64,000 nt of DNA from Candidatus Latescibacterota bacterium (GTDB lineage Bacteria > Latescibacterota > UBA2968 > GCA-2709665), in assembly GCA_965219455.1 (NCBI GenBank), contig OZ244744.1:2272001-2336000 (forward strand), read 5' to 3'. The stretch's first letter is position 1. Each line of letters begins with the position of its first letter. A program made the position numbers and the translations under genes. The notes under the pieces are model-generated. The model ran no database searches. It was not told where the DNA came from and saw only the letters and a list, made by a program, of their open reading frames with translations. Below are positions 18,077-28,814 of the stretch, piece by piece.

Positions 18077-21000
18077 TTGCATCTTTCCCGACTGACGGTA
18101 TTGGGCTTCAAATCCTTCGTACAACAACTGGATCTTTCGCTTCAGAAGGGCATTACCTGCGTGGTGGGACCCAACGGCTGTGGCAAATCCAACGTCGTGG
18201 ACGCGCTGCGCTGGGCGCTGGGCGAGCAGCGGGTCAGGTCGCTGCGCAGCAACGATATGGAAGATGTGATTTTTTCAGGCACGCGAAACCGGAAGCCGCT
18301 CGGGATGGCCGAGGTGTCGATCACCATTGCCAATGAAGAACGGATTCTGCCGGTCGACTATACCGAAGTGACCGTTACCCGCCGTCTGTTTCGATCCGGA
18401 GACAGCGACTACCTGCTGAACAGGGTCCCCTGCCGGTTGAAGGATATTCAGAATCTGCTGATGGATACCGGCCTGGGTGCACACGCGTATTCCGTAATTG
18501 AGCAGGGGATGATGGATGAAATCATCAGCGACAAACCCGAAGAAAGGCGGCGGCTGTTCGAAAAGGCCGCCGGCGTCACCCGGTATAAGGTACAACGGCG
18601 GGCGGCGTGGAACCGTCTGGAGTCTGTGCAGCGGGATCTGGTGACCGTAGACGCTGTTATGGGTCAAATCGAGCGCCAGGTGAACACGCTCGCCCGGCAG
18701 GAGCGGAAGGCGCGGCTCTACAGACAGCTATCAGATCAGATGAAGGACCTCGAGGTACGGCTCGGTCGCTACCGGTTCTTTTATATGTCCGAAAGATCCC
18801 GTCCGGTTGCGGATGAGATGGCCTTTCTCAAAGAGGACGTGGAGGTGGCCTCAGGAGATATCGCCCGCGTGGAGGCCCGGCTCGAGGAGGTTCGAACGGA
18901 ACTGGCTGAACGGGATCATGCACTGGCGGAAGCCAACGCGGAAGTGAGCAGCCAGAGTAAACTGGTACACTTGAAGCAGACAGATATTGCGGTAGCGCAG
19001 GAGAAAATCCGATCGATCGACGCCTTCCTGAAGCATGCGGACCGGCGACAGGAGGAACTCGCCGGGCGGCGGGATGCGGCAAGGGAGGAAGCGGCGGCGA
19101 CGGCGCGGCGCGGGACCCAGGCACAAGAGGCATTGCAACGCGCGGAAGGCGCATTGGATAAGGAGCGTACCGCACTGGAAGCGACGAACCGGGCGCTCGA
19201 CGCACGGCGAACCCGCGCCGACGAACACCAGTCTCAACTGATAAGCGCCCTGGGTGAAATCAATGAAGGGAACGGCCGGCTGGAAGGCGGACGGGCCAGG
19301 CTGGAGGGAATTGCGCATCGCCAGGCCCGCCTCGAAGCCGATGCCAGGCAGGTGGCTCTCCGCAAACAGGAGGCCGATGCTGCCGGAGGGGAGGCCGCGC
19401 GGCAGGTTGAAAGTCTGAGTCGGGATGCGTCCGAACACAGCAGGTTGCGGGAGGCGCACGCGGCGGAACATGGCCGCCTGCAGGCCGAACTGGAAGGGAT
19501 GATGGAAAGGCGTAGCCGGCTGCTGGCGCAACTGGAGGCCGATGGAGCGCGGGTCGGCCTTCTGAAGAAGCTTCGGGAAGGATTCGAAGGGTATTCGAGC
19601 GGCGTACGCGCGCTGGCGGTCGATTCACCCTTTGTGGATAAGGTGCGCGGCGTGGTTGCGGACCGGATTGAAGTGGACGTGCGGTACGCAAGCGCCATTG
19701 AAGCGGCCCTCGGACGCGCGCTGGAATGTCTGCTGGTGGACGAACCCGCCGTCGCGGTGACGGCTATGGACTACCTGCGATCGGGCGACCGGGGATCGGC
19801 GGCGTTTCTCCCGCTGGATTCCCCTTCCAACGGCAACGGCGTCTCCTGGACGCCGCCCGATGGCGAAGGCGTGGCGGGTAGGGCGTCGGATCTCTTGCGC
19901 GGCGAGGAATCTCCGGTTCACGCACTGCTTCACCGCACGCTAGTGGTCGACAACGCCGACAACGCGATTGCGCTGCTGGAAAAAATGCGGCCTCTGGGCG
20001 TGGATCTGGTTACCGAGACGGGCGAACTGTTCTCGGCCGACGGCACGATATACGGCGGAGAGAAGACCGACGGCGGCACCGGACTGATCGGACGCAGACA
20101 GGAGATCGAAACGCTGGAAGCGAATCTGAGCGCGGCCGGCGCCGAACTGGAAGCGCTGGATGCGGCAATCGAGGACGCCGCCGCGTCGCTCGTCGAATTG
20201 CAGACCCGGATCGACAAAAAGGACCGTATTCTGGCGGACCTGAACAGTCGTTTGGCCGAACATCGGCGGGATCTTCAGATCGCGCAGGCCGAAGAACAGC
20301 GACAGTTGAGGGTCGAAGTGGAATTACGCGATGAAATTACAGCGTTGATGACCGACGAGACCGAACTGAGAGAATCGATCGCTTCCGAGGAAGCGGAATT
20401 GAACGTACTTAACGAACGACGCGAGCAACTGATGGCCGCCGCCCGCGACGTGGACATGGCGCTGCGGGAGCGGGAACAGCAGCGGGGAGCGGAGCAGGAC
20501 ACGGTTTCGAAACGGCAGATCGAGATCGCTTCATTGAAAGCCAGCGTGGACCGGCACGGAGACGAAGCGCAGAGATGGGCTCGGGACCGGGCCGACACGG
20601 AGCGGGAAATGAAACGACTGGCCGCCGAGTGCGAGGAACGGCAGAAAGAAAAGATCGACCTTGAGAAGTCCGCTCAGGCTGCCGCGAAGGAACTGGAGAA
20701 ACTGCATCGCAGGCAGGACGAACTGGAGGCAACGCGGGACAGGCAGGCGGAGCGCCAGCAGGCGTTGTTGACGGATATCCGGCAGTTGGAAGAGGAAGCG
20801 CGGGACAAGAACCGGCGCGCGAATCAGAACCGGGATCGATTGGGCGAGTTGCAGGGTGAGATGGCGGAGTTGAAAACGGGAGCCGAAACGTTACGGGATC
20901 GAATTCTGCGCGAATACGAGGTGGATGTCAGAGAGACGGGCGCATTGGACGATCCGGAATTCAATGAAGACGTGGCTGAAAAGCGCGCAGACGAGCTTCG

Positions 21001-21673
21001 CGATCGGCTCCGGCGGATGGGTTCAGTAAACCTGGCCGCCGTGGAAGAGTATGAGGACCAGAAACACCAATACGAGTTTATGGCCAAACACAGGAGCGAT
21101 CTGTCGGAGGCGGCGGAAACCCTCCAGCGAACCATATCCCGGATCGACCGGACCGCCCGCGGCCGTTTTATGGTTACCTTCGATCAGATCAGGGAGAATT
21201 TCCGGAAGACGTTCGAGGCGTTTTTCGAAGGTGGCCAGGCGGATCTCCTGATGCCAGCGGATCAGGACCCGCTGGAGGCGCCGCTGGAGATTATCGCACG
21301 GCCGCGGGGCAAACAGCTGCGGCATATCAACCTGCTTTCCGGCGGAGAACGTGCGCTGACCGCGATTGCACTGCTATTCGCGATTTACCTCGCCAAGCCG
21401 AGCCCGTTCTGTATTCTTGACGAAGTCGATGCCCCTCTGGACGATGCCAACGTCGCCCGTTTCGTGCGGGTGCTCAAACGGTTCGCGGCTGACACCCAGT
21501 TTATCGTGGTTACCCACAACAAGGTCACGATGGCTGCGGCGGACTGCCTGCACGGTATTACAATGGAAGAGCCGGGGGTGTCCAGGCTGGTATCGGTCAG
21601 GCTTGATTACGAAGCACACGGCGGTAACGGACAGGCGGAGGCGATGGCGGAAACCACGGCCGCGGATGATTGA
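18077..21673 (+). CDS. smc: Chromosome segregation protein SMC
   Basis: GFKSF, VGPNGCGKSN Walker A, long coiled coils with hinge, LSGGE, LDEVDAPLD, VTH. Confidence 0.97.
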   Translation: MHLSRLTVLGFKSFVQQLDLSLQKGITCVVGPNGCGKSNVVDALRWALGEQRVRSLRSNDMEDVIFSGTRNRKPLGMAEVSITIANEERILPVDYTEVTVTRRLFRSGDSDYLLNRVPCRLKDIQNLLMDTGLGAHAYSVIEQGMMDEIISDKPEERRRLFEKAAGVTRYKVQRRAAWNRLESVQRDLVTVDAVMGQIERQVNTLARQERKARLYRQLSDQMKDLEVRLGRYRFFYMSERSRPVADEMAFLKEDVEVASGDIARVEARLEEVRTELAERDHALAEANAEVSSQSKLVHLKQTDIAVAQEKIRSIDAFLKHADRRQEELAGRRDAAREEAAATARRGTQAQEALQRAEGALDKERTALEATNRALDARRTRADEHQSQLISALGEINEGNGRLEGGRARLEGIAHRQARLEADARQVALRKQEADAAGGEAARQVESLSRDASEHSRLREAHAAEHGRLQAELEGMMERRSRLLAQLEADGARVGLLKKLREGFEGYSSGVRALAVDSPFVDKVRGVVADRIEVDVRYASAIEAALGRALECLLVDEPAVAVTAMDYLRSGDRGSAAFLPLDSPSNGNGVSWTPPDGEGVAGRASDLLRGEESPVHALLHRTLVVDNADNAIALLEKMRPLGVDLVTETGELFSADGTIYGGEKTDGGTGLIGRRQEIETLEANLSAAGAELEALDAAIEDAAASLVELQTRIDKKDRILADLNSRLAEHRRDLQIAQAEEQRQLRVEVELRDEITALMTDETELRESIASEEAELNVLNERREQLMAAARDVDMALREREQQRGAEQDTVSKRQIEIASLKASVDRHGDEAQRWARDRADTEREMKRLAAECEERQKEKIDLEKSAQAAAKELEKLHRRQDELEATRDRQAERQQALLTDIRQLEEEARDKNRRANQNRDRLGELQGEMAELKTGAETLRDRILREYEVDVRETGALDDPEFNEDVAEKRADELRDRLRRMGSVNLAAVEEYEDQKHQYEFMAKHRSDLSEAAETLQRTISRIDRTARGRFMVTFDQIRENFRKTFEAFFEGGQADLLMPADQDPLEAPLEIIARPRGKQLRHINLLSGGERALTAIALLFAIYLAKPSPFCILDEVDAPLDDANVARFVRVLKRFAADTQFIVVTHNKVTMAAADCLHGITMEEPGVSRLVSVRLDYEAHGGNGQAEAMAETTAADD

Positions 21674-21849
21674 ACGCGGCGGCAGGAATTCGCGCACAGG
21701 GGCTCGAAATTTGCCGCAGTAGCAACCCGATAAAAAGGAAAAGGATCGGCCGCGTAAAAGCTGCCGATCCTTTTTTAAATCGTGATCGCCCCGTCGATGG
21801 CGTCCGTCGCCGTAAGCCTGACATCGGGGTTGACGCAAGCGGGTTATAT

Positions 21850-23922
21850 TTAAACGGATCCCAGGCTTTTCAGGATCTTCGCGACAACGGCATCCGTATC
21901 GCGCACTCCGGACAGCCGCTCGACGATGATTCCCTGCGGATCCACAAGGAAATATGCGGGTATGGCCCGCACGTTGTAGGCGCTGGTCGCGCCGGAACCC
22001 CAGACCCCCGAGCGCACGTGGACACCTTTGATCCCATGTTTATCGATGGCCTTGCGCCACGCGGCGTCGCTCGAATCCAGTGAAAGGTTGACGAAGACCA
22101 CCGGTAAATCGGTGGTCTTCTTCTTTAATTCCCGGATGTACGGCAGATTGCCGATGCAGGGCCCGCACCAACTCGCCCAGAAATCCAGCAACACGACCTT
22201 GCCCCTGAACTGGCTGAGGGATACCTGCTGCCCTCCCTGGTCCGACAGCGTAAAGTCGGGCGCGGGACGGCCCGGCCGCAGCGCCATGGCCCTGTCCAGG
22301 GCCGCCTTGACAGCCGTGTCGTATTCGGGATACGGATTCGACGCCTGGAAATCCAGCCACTTGCGGCGGACCTGCGCAAAGCCTTCACCGCCATAATCAA
22401 AACCTCGAATCAGTTCTCCGGCGAGGAACCAGTAGAGCACTCTCCCCTTCAGTCTTTCACTAGCCAGATCGAACCGCCTGGTCTGCGAGGAATAAATCGT
22501 TCGTCTTTTTATTTCATAAATCGAATCGAGCGTTGCCTGCACCGGCTGCGTCAGTCCCAGGCCGGCGAGGTCCAGCTTGTCCGACAAACTGAGCGGCCGA
22601 CGGTTTTCGTACAGTGAGTCCAGTTGCGCACCGATCTCAGGCGATACATCCAGCCCCGACAGATCCACCATTTCGGCCAACCTCTGTTTCTTATGGATCG
22701 ACCGCAACTGTTCACTGACCTCCGCGCCGTCTTCTTTGGGCAGCCGGAAAACCAGCGCACCGCCAGTCGTATCGATTTCGGGTTTTTTCAGCTTGCTTGA
22801 AGTAGAGATCCTGTACGATCTGCCACTCTTTTCGAAGAAAGAGTCGAGCTGTGCCCGGGCCGTTTCCGGTACACCCAATTTCGACAGATCGATCACGTCG
22901 GATAGCGTGGACTTCCTCCTGTTGTCATACATCGAGTCCAGCCTGGCCTCGACCGATTGGGACAGCTCCAACCCGGACAGGTCGATCATTTTGGACAGCT
23001 TCGGGTGCCCCCCGTACCGCGCATAGAGAGAGTCGAGGCGGGCGAGCGTATCATCAGGTAGATCCAGGCTTGTCAGATCGTACAGGTCGGACAGCGTGGT
23101 CGACCCGGGCATCTTCATCATTTCCAAATCCAGTGTCCGAACAAGGTAGGTTGGATACGGATCCACACCGATCGCCTTCTCGTCCACCAGCGGGACCTGT
23201 TTGAGAAAGTCGTAAAATTCAGGTGGTATATTTCGGTTCTCACGGCCCGTGGCGAATCGGTAATTGGTAGGGTATGAAATCATCAAGAATGCGTACGTGT
23301 AGTTGAAAAAACGTTTCGCATACTCGATGAATTTCGGCGAGAACGCATATCTCGTGCGCCGCCTGTCCAGATATTTCAACTGATCCGCGCGCCACCCGTC
23401 CACCATGCGAGTAAAATCATCCGCCTCCATTTCCCGGGAGTCCCTGATTTTCCCCTGGAACGCCTGAAATCGTGGGAACCACTCAGCGATGAACCGGCTG
23501 TTGTCCGCGTTTTGACCACTGAACCGGAGGGAGGTGTAGAGATGACCGGGATGGACAGAAATATGTAGGCTGTCTCCGGGTTCGACGTAGAAAATCAGCG
23601 GACTGGGTTTCAAGAGGAACGCCACCGCCTGCCGCACCGGCTTCCACGGGACGCCCCTGCCCTTGTAGCTTCCCCGTACGAGGGTACCGCGTACGACGGG
23701 AATCTCGAGGGTGAAGCGGTTCCGGCTGTCCAGAACCACGCGCTGCTCGGAATTTCTTCCCAGCGCCGACGGAGGGTCGTAACTGAACGTGATCTCCCGC
23801 GAGGTCGGATTCCTGACTTCGCCGGTGATGATCGCCACCGATGGCTCGCCGCTTTCTGAAGCAAAACAGACGGTCGACATAACGAGTATGGCAACCAGGA
23901 CACTACCGCATATGTTTTTCAT
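21850..23922 (-). CDS. Secreted TlpA-like thiol-disulfide redoxin with internal tandem repeats (paralogue 1)
   Basis: Signal peptide; C-terminal APDFTL..GKVVLLDFWASWCGPC..IPAYFLVD; five ~31-aa repeats. Confidence 0.88.
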   Translation of the reverse strand: MKNICGSVLVAILVMSTVCFASESGEPSVAIITGEVRNPTSREITFSYDPPSALGRNSEQRVVLDSRNRFTLEIPVVRGTLVRGSYKGRGVPWKPVRQAVAFLLKPSPLIFYVEPGDSLHISVHPGHLYTSLRFSGQNADNSRFIAEWFPRFQAFQGKIRDSREMEADDFTRMVDGWRADQLKYLDRRRTRYAFSPKFIEYAKRFFNYTYAFLMISYPTNYRFATGRENRNIPPEFYDFLKQVPLVDEKAIGVDPYPTYLVRTLDLEMMKMPGSTTLSDLYDLTSLDLPDDTLARLDSLYARYGGHPKLSKMIDLSGLELSQSVEARLDSMYDNRRKSTLSDVIDLSKLGVPETARAQLDSFFEKSGRSYRISTSSKLKKPEIDTTGGALVFRLPKEDGAEVSEQLRSIHKKQRLAEMVDLSGLDVSPEIGAQLDSLYENRRPLSLSDKLDLAGLGLTQPVQATLDSIYEIKRRTIYSSQTRRFDLASERLKGRVLYWFLAGELIRGFDYGGEGFAQVRRKWLDFQASNPYPEYDTAVKAALDRAMALRPGRPAPDFTLSDQGGQQVSLSQFRGKVVLLDFWASWCGPCIGNLPYIRELKKKTTDLPVVFVNLSLDSSDAAWRKAIDKHGIKGVHVRSGVWGSGATSAYNVRAIPAYFLVDPQGIIVERLSGVRDTDAVVAKILKSLGSV

Positions 23923-24122
23923 AAAGAGATTCCTCCCTAAGTTCACGTTCCGCTTCACAGGCAACTCAAAAACCATCCGAACCCTGAGTCACGGCTTGCC
24001 CCGGACGGATGTCACAAATCTCAAGCACTTGCAATAGGCACGACGCCCGAGCGTCGCTTTTATGAGATATCGCCTTTCTCGTCCGGTCATTGCAATAATT
24101 GAGCGCCAATGGACAAGATCAA

Positions 24123-25988
24123 TCAACCTATGTGCTCAAGTGTGAAATTGACCAATGGTTCTTCTGTTCCCTCATACTCGAATAGTTCCTCCGCCTTCGG
24201 TGAGATATCCGGCAGTGTGCCGCGAGTTTCATCGCCCGCTTGAGGCATAGCCGCATAATACATCATTGCAGAAACGCCAAACCTTATCCCGGTCACGGGA
24301 AGTAAACCAGTCAAAGCATCGCCGGTGCTTTGCCTTCTCCCGCCCGTCTCTTCACCTATAAGCTGACCCAGTCCGCAATCCTTCACAACAGCGGCAAACT
24401 CGGCTGCCGCCGAAAAGGTACGCGGACCAATCAGCACATAGAGATCACCGTTAAACAGGTCCCCTCGCCGCTTGGGTATTACCAAGTCATCCGACTCCGA
24501 GATAATCAATCCGGTCAAGTCGCTATAACGGGCGTAGTGTGAATGTTGCTCGAACAGTAGGTCCGACAGTTTAATATCAACGCGAGACCACATCTTAAAC
24601 GGCTGCTGTGTAAGAAACTCAAGCAGAAAAACGACAAGATCTGGATTTCCACCACCATTCTGGCGCACGTCTATTATGAGGCGGTGGGTTTTCTTCGCCC
24701 TCAATTCACTAAATAGATCTGCTATATACGTCCTTCTATCGTCGGTATCAATGAAACTATCGCAATTGTAATAGCACGTATTTTCGTCATGATGGAAACG
24801 ATGGAAGCCATCTGACTCCTCCTTTTCAGGCAAGAGGTCGTCATATTCGCTTATCGATATCAGGTCAATTCGGTATGTTGAAGTCCTCCCCTTTTCTACA
24901 AATCGCATCGTTACGGGACTTTCCGTGAACATCGCACTCCACGCTCCATAGAATCGTTGGCTATCTACGAATTGCACGAGCCGACGAGTATCCGATTCCC
25001 CGGAAATCCTGCACAACGCTGGCTGAAGAAACTCGTTGATCGGTTGATCATCTACGGATACGAGTGATTTCCCTGTCAAATCCTCCAAACGCGGAATGGC
25101 ATTTTCTACTACCAAATCGTCAAAAAACCGTTTCAACCGAAACGGAAACATAAGTACATCGGGAATGGCACCATCAATGATATCACCAGCAGGCATGATC
25201 TCGGTATGACCATCCTTCAAACGGGCGGCAGCTTCAGCCAGTATACCTGACAGGTCGGCGTACGAGATATGGCCGCGCGATGCTTCTTGCCGCTGCAAGC
25301 GATTGCGAATGGATTTCTTTAGATCCAGATAGTCTTCTCCGGAAATATGACGCAACGGATAGGGGTGTACCCTCTCAAGTGTTGTAAAGAAATACTCTGC
25401 GTCGACTTGGCCATCATCGGCGGAGAAGACCAGAGGAGCGAAATCATGATCCAAATTCCCACCATTGATGACTTGATCTTGTAATGTGACAAAAAACGTA
25501 TAGTTCAACCTTAGACATTTCTTCATGCCTGTCAGGACAGTAGGGCTAGGTGCACAGAAGGCCGCTATATGCCCGTCTCCCAAGGGATTGTGGCCGACAG
25601 ACGCGAACCCAATTTCGCCCATCCCGCCTTCGAAAAGAAACTTCTGCTCCTCTTCTGACAGACCAAATGGCGTATCATTAAACGCTGCAAAGACAAGGTG
25701 GTTGGGCTTCGGGTCGAATAAGCCATAAACCACATAATTTCCCCTCTTTAGATCGAGACGTGGGAGACCGTCACTATCGTCCGTGCACCAAAAGGATACG
25801 CGTTGTATTGAATGACGCTCCGACCATGCCCACCAGTATTCCTTTAGAGCCTGGATCTGTTTTTCCCATCCGGCGCGGTCAAAATCAAATATGACAGAAA
25901 GTGTATCGCCTGCTGATTCCAATACGCGTTCAATTGTCAACGGGGACTGAGTTGCCGATGAAGATTCCATGATACTCGTCTCTGGCAA
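24123..25988 (-). CDS. S41 family peptidase (AT-richer insertion)
   Basis: LKDGHT, LIIDVRQNGGGN, TFSAAAEF, IGEETGG, GTLPD; start could be the ATG at 25970. Confidence 0.85.
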   Translation of the reverse strand: MPETSIMESSSATQSPLTIERVLESAGDTLSVIFDFDRAGWEKQIQALKEYWWAWSERHSIQRVSFWCTDDSDGLPRLDLKRGNYVVYGLFDPKPNHLVFAAFNDTPFGLSEEEQKFLFEGGMGEIGFASVGHNPLGDGHIAAFCAPSPTVLTGMKKCLRLNYTFFVTLQDQVINGGNLDHDFAPLVFSADDGQVDAEYFFTTLERVHPYPLRHISGEDYLDLKKSIRNRLQRQEASRGHISYADLSGILAEAAARLKDGHTEIMPAGDIIDGAIPDVLMFPFRLKRFFDDLVVENAIPRLEDLTGKSLVSVDDQPINEFLQPALCRISGESDTRRLVQFVDSQRFYGAWSAMFTESPVTMRFVEKGRTSTYRIDLISISEYDDLLPEKEESDGFHRFHHDENTCYYNCDSFIDTDDRRTYIADLFSELRAKKTHRLIIDVRQNGGGNPDLVVFLLEFLTQQPFKMWSRVDIKLSDLLFEQHSHYARYSDLTGLIISESDDLVIPKRRGDLFNGDLYVLIGPRTFSAAAEFAAVVKDCGLGQLIGEETGGRRQSTGDALTGLLPVTGIRFGVSAMMYYAAMPQAGDETRGTLPDISPKAEELFEYEGTEEPLVNFTLEHIG

Positions 25989-25997
25989 AGTCTATCC

Positions 25998-26122
25998 GAG
26001 ATATTGTCAAATGTTGTGGATGGCGGCGAGCGCATCCTGATGGATTAAGCGGCGGCTTCGATGTCTCCGTCCTGAAATTCAACGCCCTGGACGACGAGTT
26101 CAATGAGTTTGTAACTGTATAA
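25998..26122 (-). mobile_element. IS256-family remnant (transposase C-terminus + right end)
   Basis: Minus strand encodes ..LIELVVQGVEFQDGDIEAAA* followed by CCATCCACAACATTTGACAATATCTC, resembling IS256 right ends. Confidence 0.6.
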
Positions 26123-26159
26123 TCGGTGGCAGCGATTCTGGGTTCACGTTGCAGGTGGC

Positions 26160-26250
26160 AATTGCGCCGTTTTCACCGGACACTATTCCGTCCTCCCCGC
26201 CGCCCAAAAGATAGCCAATCTGCTGTTTACAAGCGAACAGAAATGTCCGC
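26160..26250 (-). repeat. Duplicated promoter/leader block (copy 1)
   Basis: cggacactattccgtcctcc..aaagatagc..gcgaacagaaatgtccgcc also occurs at ~28815-28906. Confidence 0.8.
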
Positions 26251-26576
26251 CAGATGGCAAGTGCGTATCGGACATCGACTCGACCTCGAACAGCTGTCGT
26301 ACTTGTGGTTCGTGTTTCTAAGCCGAGACTTTGCTTTCAGCGTCCTACAAACCCTGCCTCGCGGCGACACCACTCGTGTTTGGCAAAGCGATCTGGACAA
26401 CCCAGCGATTGAAGCGAATCTCACCTTTCCACTCACACTCTGCTCAGATTTCCTTTCCGGATTCGGCCGCCGGTTCCTTCTGCCGGCGCTTCGCGCCATG
26501 CTCCGCGTACACAAAAAAAACGGCTGCCGTCAAGCAGCCGAACCAGGGTTTCCTAACTGCATGAGCGTGCGCTGTC

Positions 26577-28655
26577 TTAGACGGATCCGAGGCATTTCGT
26601 TATTTTTTCCAAAATCGCATCGGTATCCGTCATCAACTCGATCTGGGACAGTCGCTCCAGAATTCGCCCTTGCGGATCCACCAGAAAATAGGCCGGTATA
26701 CCACGTACGTTGTAGGCCCGGGGTGTGCCGCTGTTGGAGTCGCCTGTTCGCACGTGCACCCCTTCGATCCCGTGTTTTTCGATGGCCTTCCGCCATGCGG
26801 CGTCGCTGGAATCCAGTGAAAGATTCACGAAAACCACCGGTAGTTCGGCCATTTTTTTCTTTATTTTTCTGAGATAGGGCAAGTTACCGATGCATGGCCC
26901 GCACCAGCTCGCCCAGAAATCCAGCAGCACCACCTTGCCCCTGAACTGGCTCAGCGACACGGGTTGACCGTCCAGGTCCGTCAACGTGAAATCCGGCGCC
27001 GGACGCCCCGGTTGCAGCGCCATCGCCTTGTCCAGGGCCGCCAGGACAGCCGCGTTGTATTCCGCATATGGGTTGATCGCCTTGAAATCCTGCCATTTGC
27101 GAGTCGCCAACGCAAACGCATCGCCGTCGGCCCTGAAGCCATCGATCAGCTCGTCTGCGAGAAACCAGTACAGGACCCTACCGGACAATTTCCTCTTGGC
27201 CAGATCGTACCTTTTCGCAAAGAGATAACCACGGGCGCCGCTACTATTGGCATAAATCGAGTCCAGGCGTGTCCGTGAGGCATCGGTTACATTCAAATTC
27301 GACAGATCGACCTTCTCTGATAACCTGAGCGGCTGGCGATGTACATATAGGGAGTCCAATTGAGCTTGGACCGGTGGCGAAAGACCCAGGCTCGACAGGT
27401 CAACCTTTTCGGACAATCCTGGCGTCCTTTTGAAGGAGTCTATCTGTTCACTAGCCGTCCCCTCTTTCATTGGCAGGTACAATTCGACCGCCCCACTCGT
27501 CGTATCCAGCTCAGGTTCGCTGATTTTGTTAGACGTAGTGATGCGTAAGCCACGACCAGCCTTCGCATAGAATGAGTCAATCCTTCCGTGGTCCGCCGGC
27601 GCCACGCCCATCTTCCCCAGATCGTACCTTTTGGAAAGCCTGAGCCTTGCCCGGTTTTTGTACATCGAGTCCAGCCGTGCCTGATTCGCTGGCGAGAGAA
27701 CAGCCTGAGAGAAATCAACCATTTGTGACAGAAGGGGCTTTCGCCCCGTCTGTTCGTACAGAGAGTCGAGCCGGGCCAGGGTTTTCTCTGACAGACCCAA
27801 CCCCGATAGATCGTACACATCGGACAACCTGAGCGGTTTGGGGTCCTTACTTAATTCCCATCCGAGTGTCCGCACCAGGAACGTGCGGTAGTTCCCTACG
27901 CCAATGGCGTCTTCATTTGCGAGAGGGATTTCCCCTAGAAAGTCATAGTACTCTGGAGGGATTTCCTTGTTTTCGTATCCGTTAACGAGTGAGAACTGTG
28001 TCGGGTAGGAAATCATAAGACGTCCCCACCCGTATTTGAAGTAAATCTTCGCATAGTCGATGAACGCAGGCGACAACGCGTATTTCTCGCGTGCTTCAGC
28101 CAGAAGTTCGGACTGGTCCCGACGCCACTCTGCTATTTTTCTGGAAAAGTCCTCCACCTTGAGATCCTTGTAGTCCAGATCCCGTTGGAACCTGCGAAAT
28201 CGTGGGATCCACCCGGACATGAAGCGGCTGTTGTCAGCATTCTGGCCGCTGAACCGCAGGGAGGAGGAGAAATAGCCTGGTTCGATGACAACGTGCAGGC
28301 TGTCTCCGGGTTCAATGAAAAGGGTTATGGGACCGGGAGGTCCAAGGGCGTAGAATACGATCCACCCCAACCATTTCCAAGTCGGTCTTCTGGTTGGATA
28401 ACGGCAGACAACATAGTTCGCACTTGAAAGAGGTATGGTGATTGCAAAGCAATTTTGGCTATCGAGGACCACGCGCTGCTCGGAGCTTCTTCCCAGAGCG
28501 AGAGGAGACTGGAAGTTGAACGTGATTTCCCGCGAGGTCGGATCCCTTACTTCGCCGGTGATAGTCGCGACTGACGGCTCGCCGCTTTCCGCGGCAAAGC
28601 CGGCAGCTGACACGGTGAGTATGGCAGCCAGAATGAGAAAACACGTGCTCTTCAT
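26577..28655 (-). CDS. Secreted TlpA-like thiol-disulfide redoxin with internal tandem repeats (paralogue 2)
   Basis: Co-linear with 21850..23922; signal peptide; DFWASWCGPC. Confidence 0.9.
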   Translation of the reverse strand: MKSTCFLILAAILTVSAAGFAAESGEPSVATITGEVRDPTSREITFNFQSPLALGRSSEQRVVLDSQNCFAITIPLSSANYVVCRYPTRRPTWKWLGWIVFYALGPPGPITLFIEPGDSLHVVIEPGYFSSSLRFSGQNADNSRFMSGWIPRFRRFQRDLDYKDLKVEDFSRKIAEWRRDQSELLAEAREKYALSPAFIDYAKIYFKYGWGRLMISYPTQFSLVNGYENKEIPPEYYDFLGEIPLANEDAIGVGNYRTFLVRTLGWELSKDPKPLRLSDVYDLSGLGLSEKTLARLDSLYEQTGRKPLLSQMVDFSQAVLSPANQARLDSMYKNRARLRLSKRYDLGKMGVAPADHGRIDSFYAKAGRGLRITTSNKISEPELDTTSGAVELYLPMKEGTASEQIDSFKRTPGLSEKVDLSSLGLSPPVQAQLDSLYVHRQPLRLSEKVDLSNLNVTDASRTRLDSIYANSSGARGYLFAKRYDLAKRKLSGRVLYWFLADELIDGFRADGDAFALATRKWQDFKAINPYAEYNAAVLAALDKAMALQPGRPAPDFTLTDLDGQPVSLSQFRGKVVLLDFWASWCGPCIGNLPYLRKIKKKMAELPVVFVNLSLDSSDAAWRKAIEKHGIEGVHVRTGDSNSGTPRAYNVRGIPAYFLVDPQGRILERLSQIELMTDTDAILEKITKCLGSV

Positions 28656-28814
28656 AAAACGATCCCTCTGTTCGGGTTCCGTTTCACAGCGAACTCGAAA
28701 ACATCATATCCCGTGAGGCGCACGTTGCCGCGTGCGGATGTCACACGTCTCACGCGCGCTCAACAGATACCACGCCCTGGCGCCGCTCTTGTTCTCAACT
28801 CACGGGGCCAGTGA

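Noticed and set aside
26126-26872. 248-aa + strand ORF between the redoxin paralogues
   Set aside because: Overlaps the duplicated leader and the antisense of paralogue 2; composition is not protein-like.
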